Source: a virus
Strand: one strand, 5' to 3'
IMG/VR virus record: IMGVR_UViG_3300010034_000001
Coordinates: 1-40,859 of that record
DNA length: 40,859 nucleotides
Notes under the pieces: model-generated
Seen by the model: the letters and a program-made list of their open reading frames with translations, nothing else
Databases searched by the model: none
What the model was told of the DNA's origin: nothing
Made by a program: the position numbers and the translations under genes
Shown here: piece by piece, positions 31,997 to 40,227 of the stretch
How the letters are laid out: every line of letters starts with the position of its first letter
Numbering within the stretch: the stretch's first letter is position 1

Positions 31997-33744
31997 TGGT
32001 AGTTAGTGCTTTTATCAAGCCTGAAGAAATTGACGCTGGAACACAGCCCATACAAAGACCACCTGGTGAAATTGGAGAGCTTTATACATTAGGTTTAAAG
32101 GCATTTCGCACAAATAATAGCAGCACAGCAAGAGAATTACTTATTCTTGAGGAAGAGCAAAAAAATCGCAAACTTATTAATGGAATTTTAGGGCGCGATA
32201 TTAAGCCAGAAGATGCCAGTGATTTTGAACCATTTGAATCAATTCCAACACCAGATAGAATAGGGCCAATTGGTATATCAAAGCGTCAAATAAGAAGTGA
32301 AATCGAAAAAATTGAACACGATCAATTTTTTTTACAACAAGCCATCGATGAATTAAAAGCAAGCGATCCCGAAAAATTTGCTGATGTTAAAACACGTGAA
32401 CAAATTATTGAAGCAGCACGTGAGCGCGCGAACATAAGTAGCCGTGAATTTGCAGAAGCTAGTAAACGTTCAACTTTTTTACCAAAGCTTGCAGGTTTAG
32501 TTGGTGGTTTTGCAGGTGCTGCAACGGATCCAATGAATCTTCTTGGTGCATTTGGTACGGGAATAGGTAGCACAACGCTTGCAGCCGGTAAGTTTTTGTC
32601 AACTTCTTTACTGAAAACTGCATTAAGAGAAGCTGGTGCTAATGTGGCTGTAGAGGCAATACAACAGCCAGATATTGCTAGATGGCAAAGAGAATTAGGC
32701 AATGAGTACGGTTTTCGTGAAATTAGCGAAAATTTGGGGTTTGCGGCATTGTTTGGCGCTGCATTTCCAATTGCAGGACGAGCAATCCGTGGTATTGGTC
32801 GAAATGCAAGACCAGCCGCTTCTTGGATTTTTTCACAGATTGCTGAAGCGCCAGGATTGCCATCACGTGTCAAAACGGCAGCGAATTATTTATCACGTTC
32901 TGCTTTTTTTAAAGAAAATAACCCGCATATAAGACGGCCTAACGTTGATAATTTGCGTGCCCATTATGAAAGTATTCAAATTACAGCAGATGCATTCGCA
33001 AGAGGCGAAAAAGTTGATAGCGCAGCACTCAAAGTTAGCGAAGCCGATATACTAAATATTGATACGAAGCCACGCCGTGGGGATACCCAAATAATTAAAT
33101 CACAATTGAGTGAACTGGAAAGGTTTCAACGTGACTCAACTATCGGGGGCGCTCTTCCTAAGCAAGCCCAAGGCGCAGCACCTCAGTTTAACTTAGATAC
33201 TTTGCCGCAACAAATATTAGACAAGGCAGCACGCAAACGCGGTAATTTAACCACGCGGGATTTTTTGCCAGAAGAACAGCAAATGCTTAAATCTGCGGGT
33301 ATAACACCAAATGCTAAGTCGCAAATTAAAAAAGAATCACTTATTAATCAAAGGCAACAACGTGAAAATGCGGGACAACTGCGTGATTTAAGCGGTAAAG
33401 AAATTGACCATATTAGAGATTATCGAAGCCGTATTAATGATTCAACGATTGCAAATCAGGATTTAGATAAACAAGTTAGTAACATTGAATCATCCATTCG
33501 TGAAAATCAAAGGACGCTAGAAAATAAAATAGATAGTCCAGATGTTGCTGAACAGTTAACGCGTGATGCCGATACACCTGAACGCATACAAGCAGAACAA
33601 GAAGCCTTTGACGCACTTTTAAGAGAAAACCCAAATCTTCAAATTGTGCTTGATGATAGAACGGTAACACTTAGACAATTAGTAGAAGAATTTGCAAATG
33701 ATGAGCGCGCTTTAAATGAAATACGCTCTTGTGGGTTAGGATAA
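31993..33744 (+). CDS. Internal virion / ejection protein (583 aa)
   Basis: Contains the glycine-zipper-like segment LAGLVGGFAGAATDPMNLLGAFGTGIGS. Confidence 0.5.
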   Translation: MMVVSAFIKPEEIDAGTQPIQRPPGEIGELYTLGLKAFRTNNSSTARELLILEEEQKNRKLINGILGRDIKPEDASDFEPFESIPTPDRIGPIGISKRQIRSEIEKIEHDQFFLQQAIDELKASDPEKFADVKTREQIIEAARERANISSREFAEASKRSTFLPKLAGLVGGFAGAATDPMNLLGAFGTGIGSTTLAAGKFLSTSLLKTALREAGANVAVEAIQQPDIARWQRELGNEYGFREISENLGFAALFGAAFPIAGRAIRGIGRNARPAASWIFSQIAEAPGLPSRVKTAANYLSRSAFFKENNPHIRRPNVDNLRAHYESIQITADAFARGEKVDSAALKVSEADILNIDTKPRRGDTQIIKSQLSELERFQRDSTIGGALPKQAQGAAPQFNLDTLPQQILDKAARKRGNLTTRDFLPEEQQMLKSAGITPNAKSQIKKESLINQRQQRENAGQLRDLSGKEIDHIRDYRSRINDSTIANQDLDKQVSNIESSIRENQRTLENKIDSPDVAEQLTRDADTPERIQAEQEAFDALLRENPNLQIVLDDRTVTLRQLVEEFANDERALNEIRSCGLG

Positions 33745-33745
33745 C

Positions 33746-36238
33746 ATGGCATTTATTGATTGTATTAAAGGAAAAGTTAAAGCGGGTCTTTTAACTAAAA
33801 AACAAGTAGAAACGCTTGAAAACAGATTTAACGGATTGCTCGAGCGCTACCGTAATAGCATGGGTAGTGAATCAGCAGCGTCACAAGCTGCAACTGATAT
33901 TATTGAAGCTGAGGCAAACATCATTGCTACTAAAAAACGCAATGAAATTAATGGCGCACTTGCACAAGTTCGTATAACTAAACAACTCGATGATGAGGTC
34001 AGTCGCACGGGTGTATCGTATGATAGCGCTGTACGAAATTTATTAGAACAGGGACTTGTTCGCAAACAAAGTATATTAAAACAATATCTTACCAATCTTG
34101 ATGATTTTGTTGACCAGTTTAAAAGTAAACTTGCAGGTCTTAAGCGTCGTACAGACGGCATGGCAGATGTGGTTGCTGAAATGTTGGGCAAAGGCACTGG
34201 AAATGCTGAAGCAAAGCAATTTGCTGGCGCACTAAGACGTGTCTTCGATCAAGCGCATAAACGTTATAAAAATGCAGGTGGAATTATTGGCATACTTGAA
34301 AATTATTTCCCCCAAATTCATAAATTTGAATTAATTAAACAGGTAGCGTTTGAAGAGTGGTATCAGTTTATAAGACCCCGCCTAGACATTGACAAAATGA
34401 TAGATTTTGAAACAGGACTGCCTTTTAAAGATGATAAATTACTTCGAATAATGCGTGATGATTACAACGCTATTGTCACTAAAGGTAAATCAGATTTGAT
34501 AAAACGTGCTGAAGAGGGCAAACAAACTTTTGGTTTTGGTGGTGAGGTATCAGCCAGACGGCAATCCGGACGCTTTTATCATTTTAGAGATGCGGATGCT
34601 TTTTTAGAGTACAACGAACGTTTTGGTGTCGGTGATGTTGGCTTATTTGACAGCGTTATTAACCATCTTGAATCATTTGCCCGTGATACAGGACTTTTAG
34701 AAATATTAGGGCCTAAACCCAATGCCTTGATGCGTCATTTAGATTTACAGATGAGTGCACGTGGTGTCGGTATAGCCGGACAAAAATGGACACGCGGTAT
34801 GTATGATGTGTTAACCGGCTTTGTGGATACTGAAGTTGGCGAGCCAACTTGGTTTAGAGCATCTGCCAGTCTTAGAAATATATTTGTTGCTGCATACCTT
34901 GGGCGTGCTGTGATATCAGCCATTGCCGATACTGCTTTTATGGCAGCAACCGCTAAATTAAATGGCCTTCCAGCAACAAAAGTTCTTAGACGTTACTTAA
35001 AGTTATTAAATCCATTAAGTTCAAAAGATAGAAAATTAGCAAGACAAGCAGGTTACATCGCTGGTGTTGCAAGGGGTAGTGCACTTGCTGATGCGCGTTT
35101 TTCAGGTGAAACGATGGGAGGTAAAGCAACATCATGGATTGCACAATTCACACTACGTGCTCAAGGACTTCGTGCAGTAACTAATGCTGCCGCCGATGCG
35201 ATGTCACTTGAAATGGAAGGAAATTTAGCCAGACTTTTAGATGACAATGTATCTTGGTCAAATCTTGATAGAGCATTTAGAGATAATCTTGAAGCACATG
35301 GTATGACTGAAGCTGACTGGCAAATTTTAGGTAAAGCAGAACGTTTTGAACCAGAACAAGGTGTACGTTTTATTCGATCCGAGCAAGTAGCAACTGCAAG
35401 TGGCGTTGATAGGGATGCCGCACTTAATGCTGCAACCAAACTAGATGATGTTATTAATAGTATGCGCAACTTAGCAGTTAACGAGCCAACATTAAGAACA
35501 CGCGCAATAACCACAGGCGCAGCGCTCGGGGATGCAAGGCGCGGAACTTTATTGCGCAGTATTGCGGCATCCGTTGTTCAATTTAAAAGCTTTCCAATTA
35601 CTGTGATGTTTAATCATGTTTTAAGAGCCATGGAGACAGTAGTTGATACATTTAAAGGTGATTTTAATAAATCAAGATTACAACATGCAGGCTTTACATT
35701 TATTGGTGCAACCATTATGGGGGCTGTTTCATTGCAAATAACACAAATTATTATTGGTAAGGATATTCGTGATTTTGATGATTGGCGATTTTGGGCTGCA
35801 GCGGCACTTCAAGGGGGTGGGTTAGGTCTTTTTGGTGATTTTTTATTTCAAGATTATTCAAGATTTGGAAGAAGTTTTGCAGAGGAGCTTGTTGGTCCAA
35901 CTGCTGGATTCGTCAGTGATTTTATAAGAACACTGCAAGGTGATTTAAACCGTATTCTTGACGAGGATGAGGATAGAGCTGCTGCTTGGGATGAGTTAAA
36001 AGCAGATTTATTTAGATTTGCCAAACGAAATACACCGTTGAATAATTTATGGTATAGCAGACTGGTTGTTGAACGAACGATATTAGATCAACTTGAACGT
36101 CTTATTGATCCAGAATTTGATAGAAAAAATGAATTACTTGAAGATCGCATGTTAAGAGATACAGGACAGGAATTTTTTTGGAGAAAAGGTGAGTTAACAC
36201 CTGAAAGATTACCCCAAGAAGCAGAAACGGATTTTTGA
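33746..36238 (+). CDS. Internal virion / DNA-ejection protein (830 aa, gp15/16-like position)
   Basis: The C-terminal part has hydrophobic, glycine-rich segments (FIGATIMGAVSLQITQIIIG, AAALQGGGLGLFGDFLF). Confidence 0.5.
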   Translation: MAFIDCIKGKVKAGLLTKKQVETLENRFNGLLERYRNSMGSESAASQAATDIIEAEANIIATKKRNEINGALAQVRITKQLDDEVSRTGVSYDSAVRNLLEQGLVRKQSILKQYLTNLDDFVDQFKSKLAGLKRRTDGMADVVAEMLGKGTGNAEAKQFAGALRRVFDQAHKRYKNAGGIIGILENYFPQIHKFELIKQVAFEEWYQFIRPRLDIDKMIDFETGLPFKDDKLLRIMRDDYNAIVTKGKSDLIKRAEEGKQTFGFGGEVSARRQSGRFYHFRDADAFLEYNERFGVGDVGLFDSVINHLESFARDTGLLEILGPKPNALMRHLDLQMSARGVGIAGQKWTRGMYDVLTGFVDTEVGEPTWFRASASLRNIFVAAYLGRAVISAIADTAFMAATAKLNGLPATKVLRRYLKLLNPLSSKDRKLARQAGYIAGVARGSALADARFSGETMGGKATSWIAQFTLRAQGLRAVTNAAADAMSLEMEGNLARLLDDNVSWSNLDRAFRDNLEAHGMTEADWQILGKAERFEPEQGVRFIRSEQVATASGVDRDAALNAATKLDDVINSMRNLAVNEPTLRTRAITTGAALGDARRGTLLRSIAASVVQFKSFPITVMFNHVLRAMETVVDTFKGDFNKSRLQHAGFTFIGATIMGAVSLQITQIIIGKDIRDFDDWRFWAAAALQGGGLGLFGDFLFQDYSRFGRSFAEELVGPTAGFVSDFIRTLQGDLNRILDEDEDRAAAWDELKADLFRFAKRNTPLNNLWYSRLVVERTILDQLERLIDPEFDRKNELLEDRMLRDTGQEFFWRKGELTPERLPQEAETDF

Positions 36239-36264
36239 TACATTTCGGTGCATAATTAGATAAT
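36235..36264 (+). promoter_or_regulatory. Possible sigma70-like promoter: TTGATA-18-GATAAT
   Basis: Counted directly. It overlaps a 6-bp hairpin GCATAA/TTATGC. Confidence 0.35.
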
Positions 36265-36303
36265 TTATGCTATATTTTAATTGCTTTAAAAGGATTTTGA
36301 GCA

Positions 36304-37602
36304 ATGACAGTCGCAACAGCAACGACCAATCGCGCGCAGGAAGCAGGCAATGGGTCAAAAACCGCATTTGATTTTTCATTTCGTATATTCCTGTCATCAG
36401 AATTAGAAGTTTTTAAAGTCACAACCTCAACCAATGCGCAAAGTTTGCAAACGTTAGGGGTTGATTACACGGTTGCCATCAACGGCGTTGACAATACATT
36501 GACTACACCGGGTGGAACGGTTACTTACACAGTTGCACCAACTGCATCAGAGCAATCGCTTATCATTTCTGATTTTACACTTGACCAGCAAACTGACATC
36601 CCAACGGCCAGTAATTTTCCAGAAGTAGCTATTGAAGATGCACTGGATAAGTTAACTTTGATTGCCATTCAATTAAATGAAGAAGTAGGGCGAAGTGCTA
36701 AGGTGCCTTCTGCCGTATCTTTGCCTGATTTAGAGCTGCCCGTACCCACAGCTAATAAGGCACTTCTTTGGAATGCAACGGCTGATGCTTTAATTAATTC
36801 AACAGATGACTTTGAAAATTCAGCCAGTGCTGCTGCTGCCAGTGCTGCAGCCGCTGCAACGAGTGCGTCAAACGCTTCGACCTCAGAGACTAATGCAGCA
36901 GCAAGTGCTAGTGCCGCTGCAACGAGTGCCAGTGAAGCACAAGCGGCTGTTGGTGGTGTTCGTATATCGGCTGATGACACAACGCCTGCCAATTTAGAAG
37001 CAAAACTTTTAGTCGGTACAGGTCTTGATTTATCAACCCAAAATCCAGGTGCTAATGAAACACGCACGATTGATTTAGACCACAGTGAGTTTACCGATAC
37101 AACAATTGCTGCAACCGATGAAATTGCCTACGTTGATGTATCTGATAGTAACAATATGAAAAAAGACACTGTGCAAGGTATTTTAGACTTAGTAAATATT
37201 CAAAATGCCAGTGATACAACAGCTGGTATTATCGAAATTGCAACTGTTGCAGAAATAGAAACAGGTACCAGCACTACATTGGCAGTCACACCTGGCAGAC
37301 AACAAAAACATTTAAGTGCTGTTAAATTTTGGTTGAGGTGGACTTATACAGCTGGAACGCCTAGTGCTGTTAATAGTTTTAATGTTAGTAGTTTAACCGA
37401 TACAGCCGCAGGGCAAATAGGTATAAACGTCGATGTTGACTTTACAGAAGTCATGAGTGTCGTTGGAACTTCTGATGTAACGGACAGAATTGTCACCATT
37501 GTGCCTACATCATTAGGTGTTGCCGATGTAAAAATAACAATTCGGGAAAATGGTCTTTTTAACGATGCCAATGGCAGCGCACTTGCTTGTGGAGATCAAT
37601 AA
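36304..37602 (+). CDS. Tail fibre protein
   Basis: The gene sits at the end of the tail block. It has an A/S-rich low-complexity coil (SAAAASAAAAATSASNASTSETNAAASASAAATSASEAQAA), a D.I.YVD.SD...KK motif like the repeats in 13457..14428, and a beta-rich C-terminus. Confidence 0.65.
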   Translation: MTVATATTNRAQEAGNGSKTAFDFSFRIFLSSELEVFKVTTSTNAQSLQTLGVDYTVAINGVDNTLTTPGGTVTYTVAPTASEQSLIISDFTLDQQTDIPTASNFPEVAIEDALDKLTLIAIQLNEEVGRSAKVPSAVSLPDLELPVPTANKALLWNATADALINSTDDFENSASAAAASAAAAATSASNASTSETNAAASASAAATSASEAQAAVGGVRISADDTTPANLEAKLLVGTGLDLSTQNPGANETRTIDLDHSEFTDTTIAATDEIAYVDVSDSNNMKKDTVQGILDLVNIQNASDTTAGIIEIATVAEIETGTSTTLAVTPGRQQKHLSAVKFWLRWTYTAGTPSAVNSFNVSSLTDTAAGQIGINVDVDFTEVMSVVGTSDVTDRIVTIVPTSLGVADVKITIRENGLFNDANGSALACGDQ

Positions 37603-38120
37603 TGACGTTAAAAATTTTAGGGATTAGACCTGATAAATCTGTCTTTATAACAACGGCAATTTCTAAAGAAAAGCTTGAAAAATCAAGGGGCCGCGAGATT
37701 TCAGACAAAGAATATGAAGAAAAAATTTGGAGTGATGTCAAAAAATCACACTTTGGTGGTGTTGAGTTTAGACAGCTGAATGATAATGATATTCCAAGTG
37801 ACAGAGAATTCAGAGATGCTTGGGAAGACAGCCAAAAAGGCCCACAAATTGATGTTTGTTGTACTAAAGCAAAAGCTATTGCACTTAGTAAATTAAGAGC
37901 TGAGCGTAACGAAGAATTGACAAAAACCGACCCTGACTACATGAAAGCATTAGAGCTAGATAAGGATGTAACAACGATTAAAGCCAAACGCCAAAAGCTT
38001 AGAGACGCAACAGAGCCCTTAAAAGCAATTGATACTGACGGTCAATTTAGTAATACTTCAGTGCTTGAGACATTAAGTAGTTTAAGTAAGCTTGATAATG
38101 TGTTAAAAAACACGGAATAG
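37602..38120 (+). CDS. Possible tail fibre assembly / chaperone-like protein
   Basis: TAATG overlap with the fibre gene. KLRAERNEELTKTD resembles the R..RN.LL..(S/T)D block I associate with tail fibre assembly proteins. Confidence 0.4.
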   Translation: MTLKILGIRPDKSVFITTAISKEKLEKSRGREISDKEYEEKIWSDVKKSHFGGVEFRQLNDNDIPSDREFRDAWEDSQKGPQIDVCCTKAKAIALSKLRAERNEELTKTDPDYMKALELDKDVTTIKAKRQKLRDATEPLKAIDTDGQFSNTSVLETLSSLSKLDNVLKNTE

Positions 38121-38123
38121 CTA

Positions 38124-38549
38124 ATGCCAAAATTTAGTTTAAAATCGCAACTGGCACTCGATAGCTGCCATCCTGATTTAAGAATGCTATTTAATACCGT
38201 TATTAACAGTTTTGATTGTACTGTTATTTGTGGTCACAGAACTGAACAACAGCAACGAAAAGCGTTTGAAGAGAAAAGAAGTCAACTTGAGTGGCCCTCA
38301 AGTAATCACAATGTCTACCCGTCGTTGGCTGTCGATGTTATTCCATACCCGATTGATTGGAAAGACATTCCAAGAATTAATTATTTTGCAGGTTATGTTT
38401 TGGGTACTGCAGCGTCACTTAAAGCACAAGGCATTATTAGTCATAAAATTAGGTGGGGTGGGGATTGGGACCGAGATACACAATTAAAGGATAATCAATT
38501 TAATGATTTAGTGCACTTTGAACTAGTTCATCTTCATGATTTAACTTGA
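38124..38549 (+). CDS. Endolysin, peptidase M15 (VanY / L-Ala-D-Glu peptidase type)
   Basis: Zinc-ligand pattern: GHRTEQQQ, SNHNVYPSLAVDV and DLVHFEL. Confidence 0.8.
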   Translation: MPKFSLKSQLALDSCHPDLRMLFNTVINSFDCTVICGHRTEQQQRKAFEEKRSQLEWPSSNHNVYPSLAVDVIPYPIDWKDIPRINYFAGYVLGTAASLKAQGIISHKIRWGGDWDRDTQLKDNQFNDLVHFELVHLHDLT

Positions 38550-38750
38550 TTCTTCTTCGTGCTGCTCATGCCGAATCAAAATATGCAGTATTGACAAATA
38601 ACCAAGAACGAATGTTAGTCCAAATAAGCTAAAGGCCATGCCAAAATCAGCAGATGCAACATAACCGATACCTAGTACAAAACTAACCGTTAACATTAAT
38701 GGAAACATGATTGTCAGTAAAGGGGCTAATAACTTAACAAAATTGCTCAT
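38541..38750 (-). CDS. Small membrane protein (69 aa) on the opposite strand inside the lysis cassette
   Basis: ATG at 38750 follows AAGGA (8-nt spacing). Two TM helices and an acidic tail (HEQHEEESS). On the minus strand, TTGACA-17-TAATGT lies upstream. Confidence 0.55.
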   Translation of the reverse strand: MSNFVKLLAPLLTIMFPLMLTVSFVLGIGYVASADFGMAFSLFGLTFVLGYLSILHILIRHEQHEEESS

Positions 38751-38823
38751 TGTGTACATCCTTGTATGAGACAAGTTATAATAACACATTAATATTCATA
38801 ATAAAATATGTCAAGGACGACGT

Positions 38824-39210
38824 ATGTTATCGAATTTACTTACAACAGCAGCCGCCTCACCAATCAAAGCGGTAGGTAATATTCTTGATAAGCTTTTTAC
38901 AAGCGATGAAGAACGTCTTGATAAACAGCTTTTATTACAACGTTTGTTGCAAGAACCCAACATTGCACAGATTGAGTTAAACAAGGTAGAGGCACAGCAC
39001 CGTTCACTCTTTGTTGCTGGCTGGCGACCATTTATAGGTTGGGTTTGTGGGCTAGGGTTAATGTACGAATTTCTCGTACAACCGATTTTAACAAGTCTTG
39101 GTTATACGATGGCATCAGTCAATATTGGTGCGTTGTATCCATTAGTGATGGCTTTGTTAGGATTAGGTACAATGAGAACAGCAGAGAAGTTTGGGGGGAG
39201 GGCAAAATGA
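38824..39210 (+). CDS. Holin, 3-TM GTA-type (DUF3154-like)
   Basis: NKVEAQHRSLFVAGWRPFIGWVCGLGLMYEFLVQPIL and the C-terminal LLGLGTMRTAEK match my recollection of the GTA_holin_3TM family. RBS AAGGA. Confidence 0.7.
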   Translation: MLSNLLTTAAASPIKAVGNILDKLFTSDEERLDKQLLLQRLLQEPNIAQIELNKVEAQHRSLFVAGWRPFIGWVCGLGLMYEFLVQPILTSLGYTMASVNIGALYPLVMALLGLGTMRTAEKFGGRAK

Positions 39211-39389
39211 AAAAATCAGTTATTTTTGAAATAGTTGTCGGATATTTCGTGGCATTTGCTATGCTTTATGAATATTTATTTATACCTATTGCACACATAC
39301 TCCAATACGAATTTATTAAAATCGGTGGTTCTAATATTTTTGGTTTATTTTTAGCATATTTGTTTTTAAAAATCATGAATGACGTTTAA
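39207..39389 (+). CDS. Small membrane protein (60 aa, two TM helices)
   Basis: ATGA overlap with the holin gene. The internal ATG of the track ORF was chosen as the start. Confidence 0.5.
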   Translation: MKKSVIFEIVVGYFVAFAMLYEYLFIPIAHILQYEFIKIGGSNIFGLFLAYLFLKIMNDV

Positions 39390-39390
39390 A

Positions 39391-39672
39391 ATGGACAGTA
39401 GTAAAGAAAAGCTTGACAACTTACAAGATTTAATATACGAAATAAGCAAAAAGCTTGAGGTATTAAATCATAGTGTTGATATAATAAATCAAGAAGTGAG
39501 CAAAATTAGGCAAATGACTGATAGTCATCATGATATATTGATGTTGCAGCAGGGCATGCAGCAGTCAAAAACTACATTTATCAATTGGTTATCTAGGCAT
39601 GGAATTGCTATAATAGGCACAATAATGGCGCTGGGAGCAATCATGTGGGAACTGAAGAAGATGACGCCTTGA
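39391..39672 (+). CDS. Coiled-coil protein with a C-terminal TM anchor (93 aa); lysis accessory candidate
   Basis: ATG lies 1 nt after the upstream stop. The TM stretch is IAIIGTIMALGAIMW. Confidence 0.5.
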   Translation: MDSSKEKLDNLQDLIYEISKKLEVLNHSVDIINQEVSKIRQMTDSHHDILMLQQGMQQSKTTFINWLSRHGIAIIGTIMALGAIMWELKKMTP

Positions 39673-39929
39673 TTGATGAATTTAATGTTGATGAATTTAA
39701 TGTTTTTGTTGGTAGTTTAATCTATCTGCTTAATAAGAAACAAAAATATTTAGAAATGGCAGAAAAATTTGAAACATTTGAAGGATTATCAGAAGAAGAT
39801 GATGATCTTATTAATGTAAAATTAGATAGGTTAATTTCATTAAAAGCATATAAACTTTTACAGTCATGTGTAGCTGAAGTTAAAGCCTCAATCATTTTAG
39901 AAAACAAGGAAGTTAAAAATGACAATTGA
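39645..39929 (+). CDS. Acidic hypothetical protein (94 aa)
   Basis: GGAG lies 5 nt upstream of the ATG. The ORF contains an exact in-frame 15-nt tandem duplication (DEFNV twice). Confidence 0.5.
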   Translation: MGTEEDDALIDEFNVDEFNVFVGSLIYLLNKKQKYLEMAEKFETFEGLSEEDDDLINVKLDRLISLKAYKLLQSCVAEVKASIILENKEVKNDN

Positions 39930-40227
39930 AACTTATCATAGAGCAACTTACCCAGCAGGGACAACTGGCGAGCAAGAAATGCTGCAAGTTAACGCTAATC
40001 ATGTTTGTAGCGCTGTAGTTACTGTAGGGGCTGGCACCACAGCTAACTTTGATATACAAACACAGCTAGTGCTTGGTGGTGATAGACATACCACAACCGC
40101 TGGCGCTACGGCAACAACCATATCAAACTTTACAAATCCAGTAACTGGTATCGGTCCTAATATCACAACCAATACCGGCGGTACAGGACTTGTATTAGAA
40201 GTTAGGACCGCTTCAAGGGGCGCTTAA
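39919..40227 (+). CDS. T/G-rich hypothetical protein (102 aa)
   Basis: Last plus-strand ORF. Its stop abuts the stop of the convergent minus-strand gene. Confidence 0.5.
   Translation: MTIETYHRATYPAGTTGEQEMLQVNANHVCSAVVTVGAGTTANFDIQTQLVLGGDRHTTTAGATATTISNFTNPVTGIGPNITTNTGGTGLVLEVRTASRGA

Noticed and set aside
32322-32873. Long antisense ORFs inside structural genes (also 8945..9409, 9725..10066, 21383..21868, 28599..29021, 33847..34197, 35161..35514, 36669..37067)
   Set aside because: They lie entirely within longer sense ORFs that have recognisable functions or positions. They lack SD sequences and have low-complexity, shadow-frame composition.
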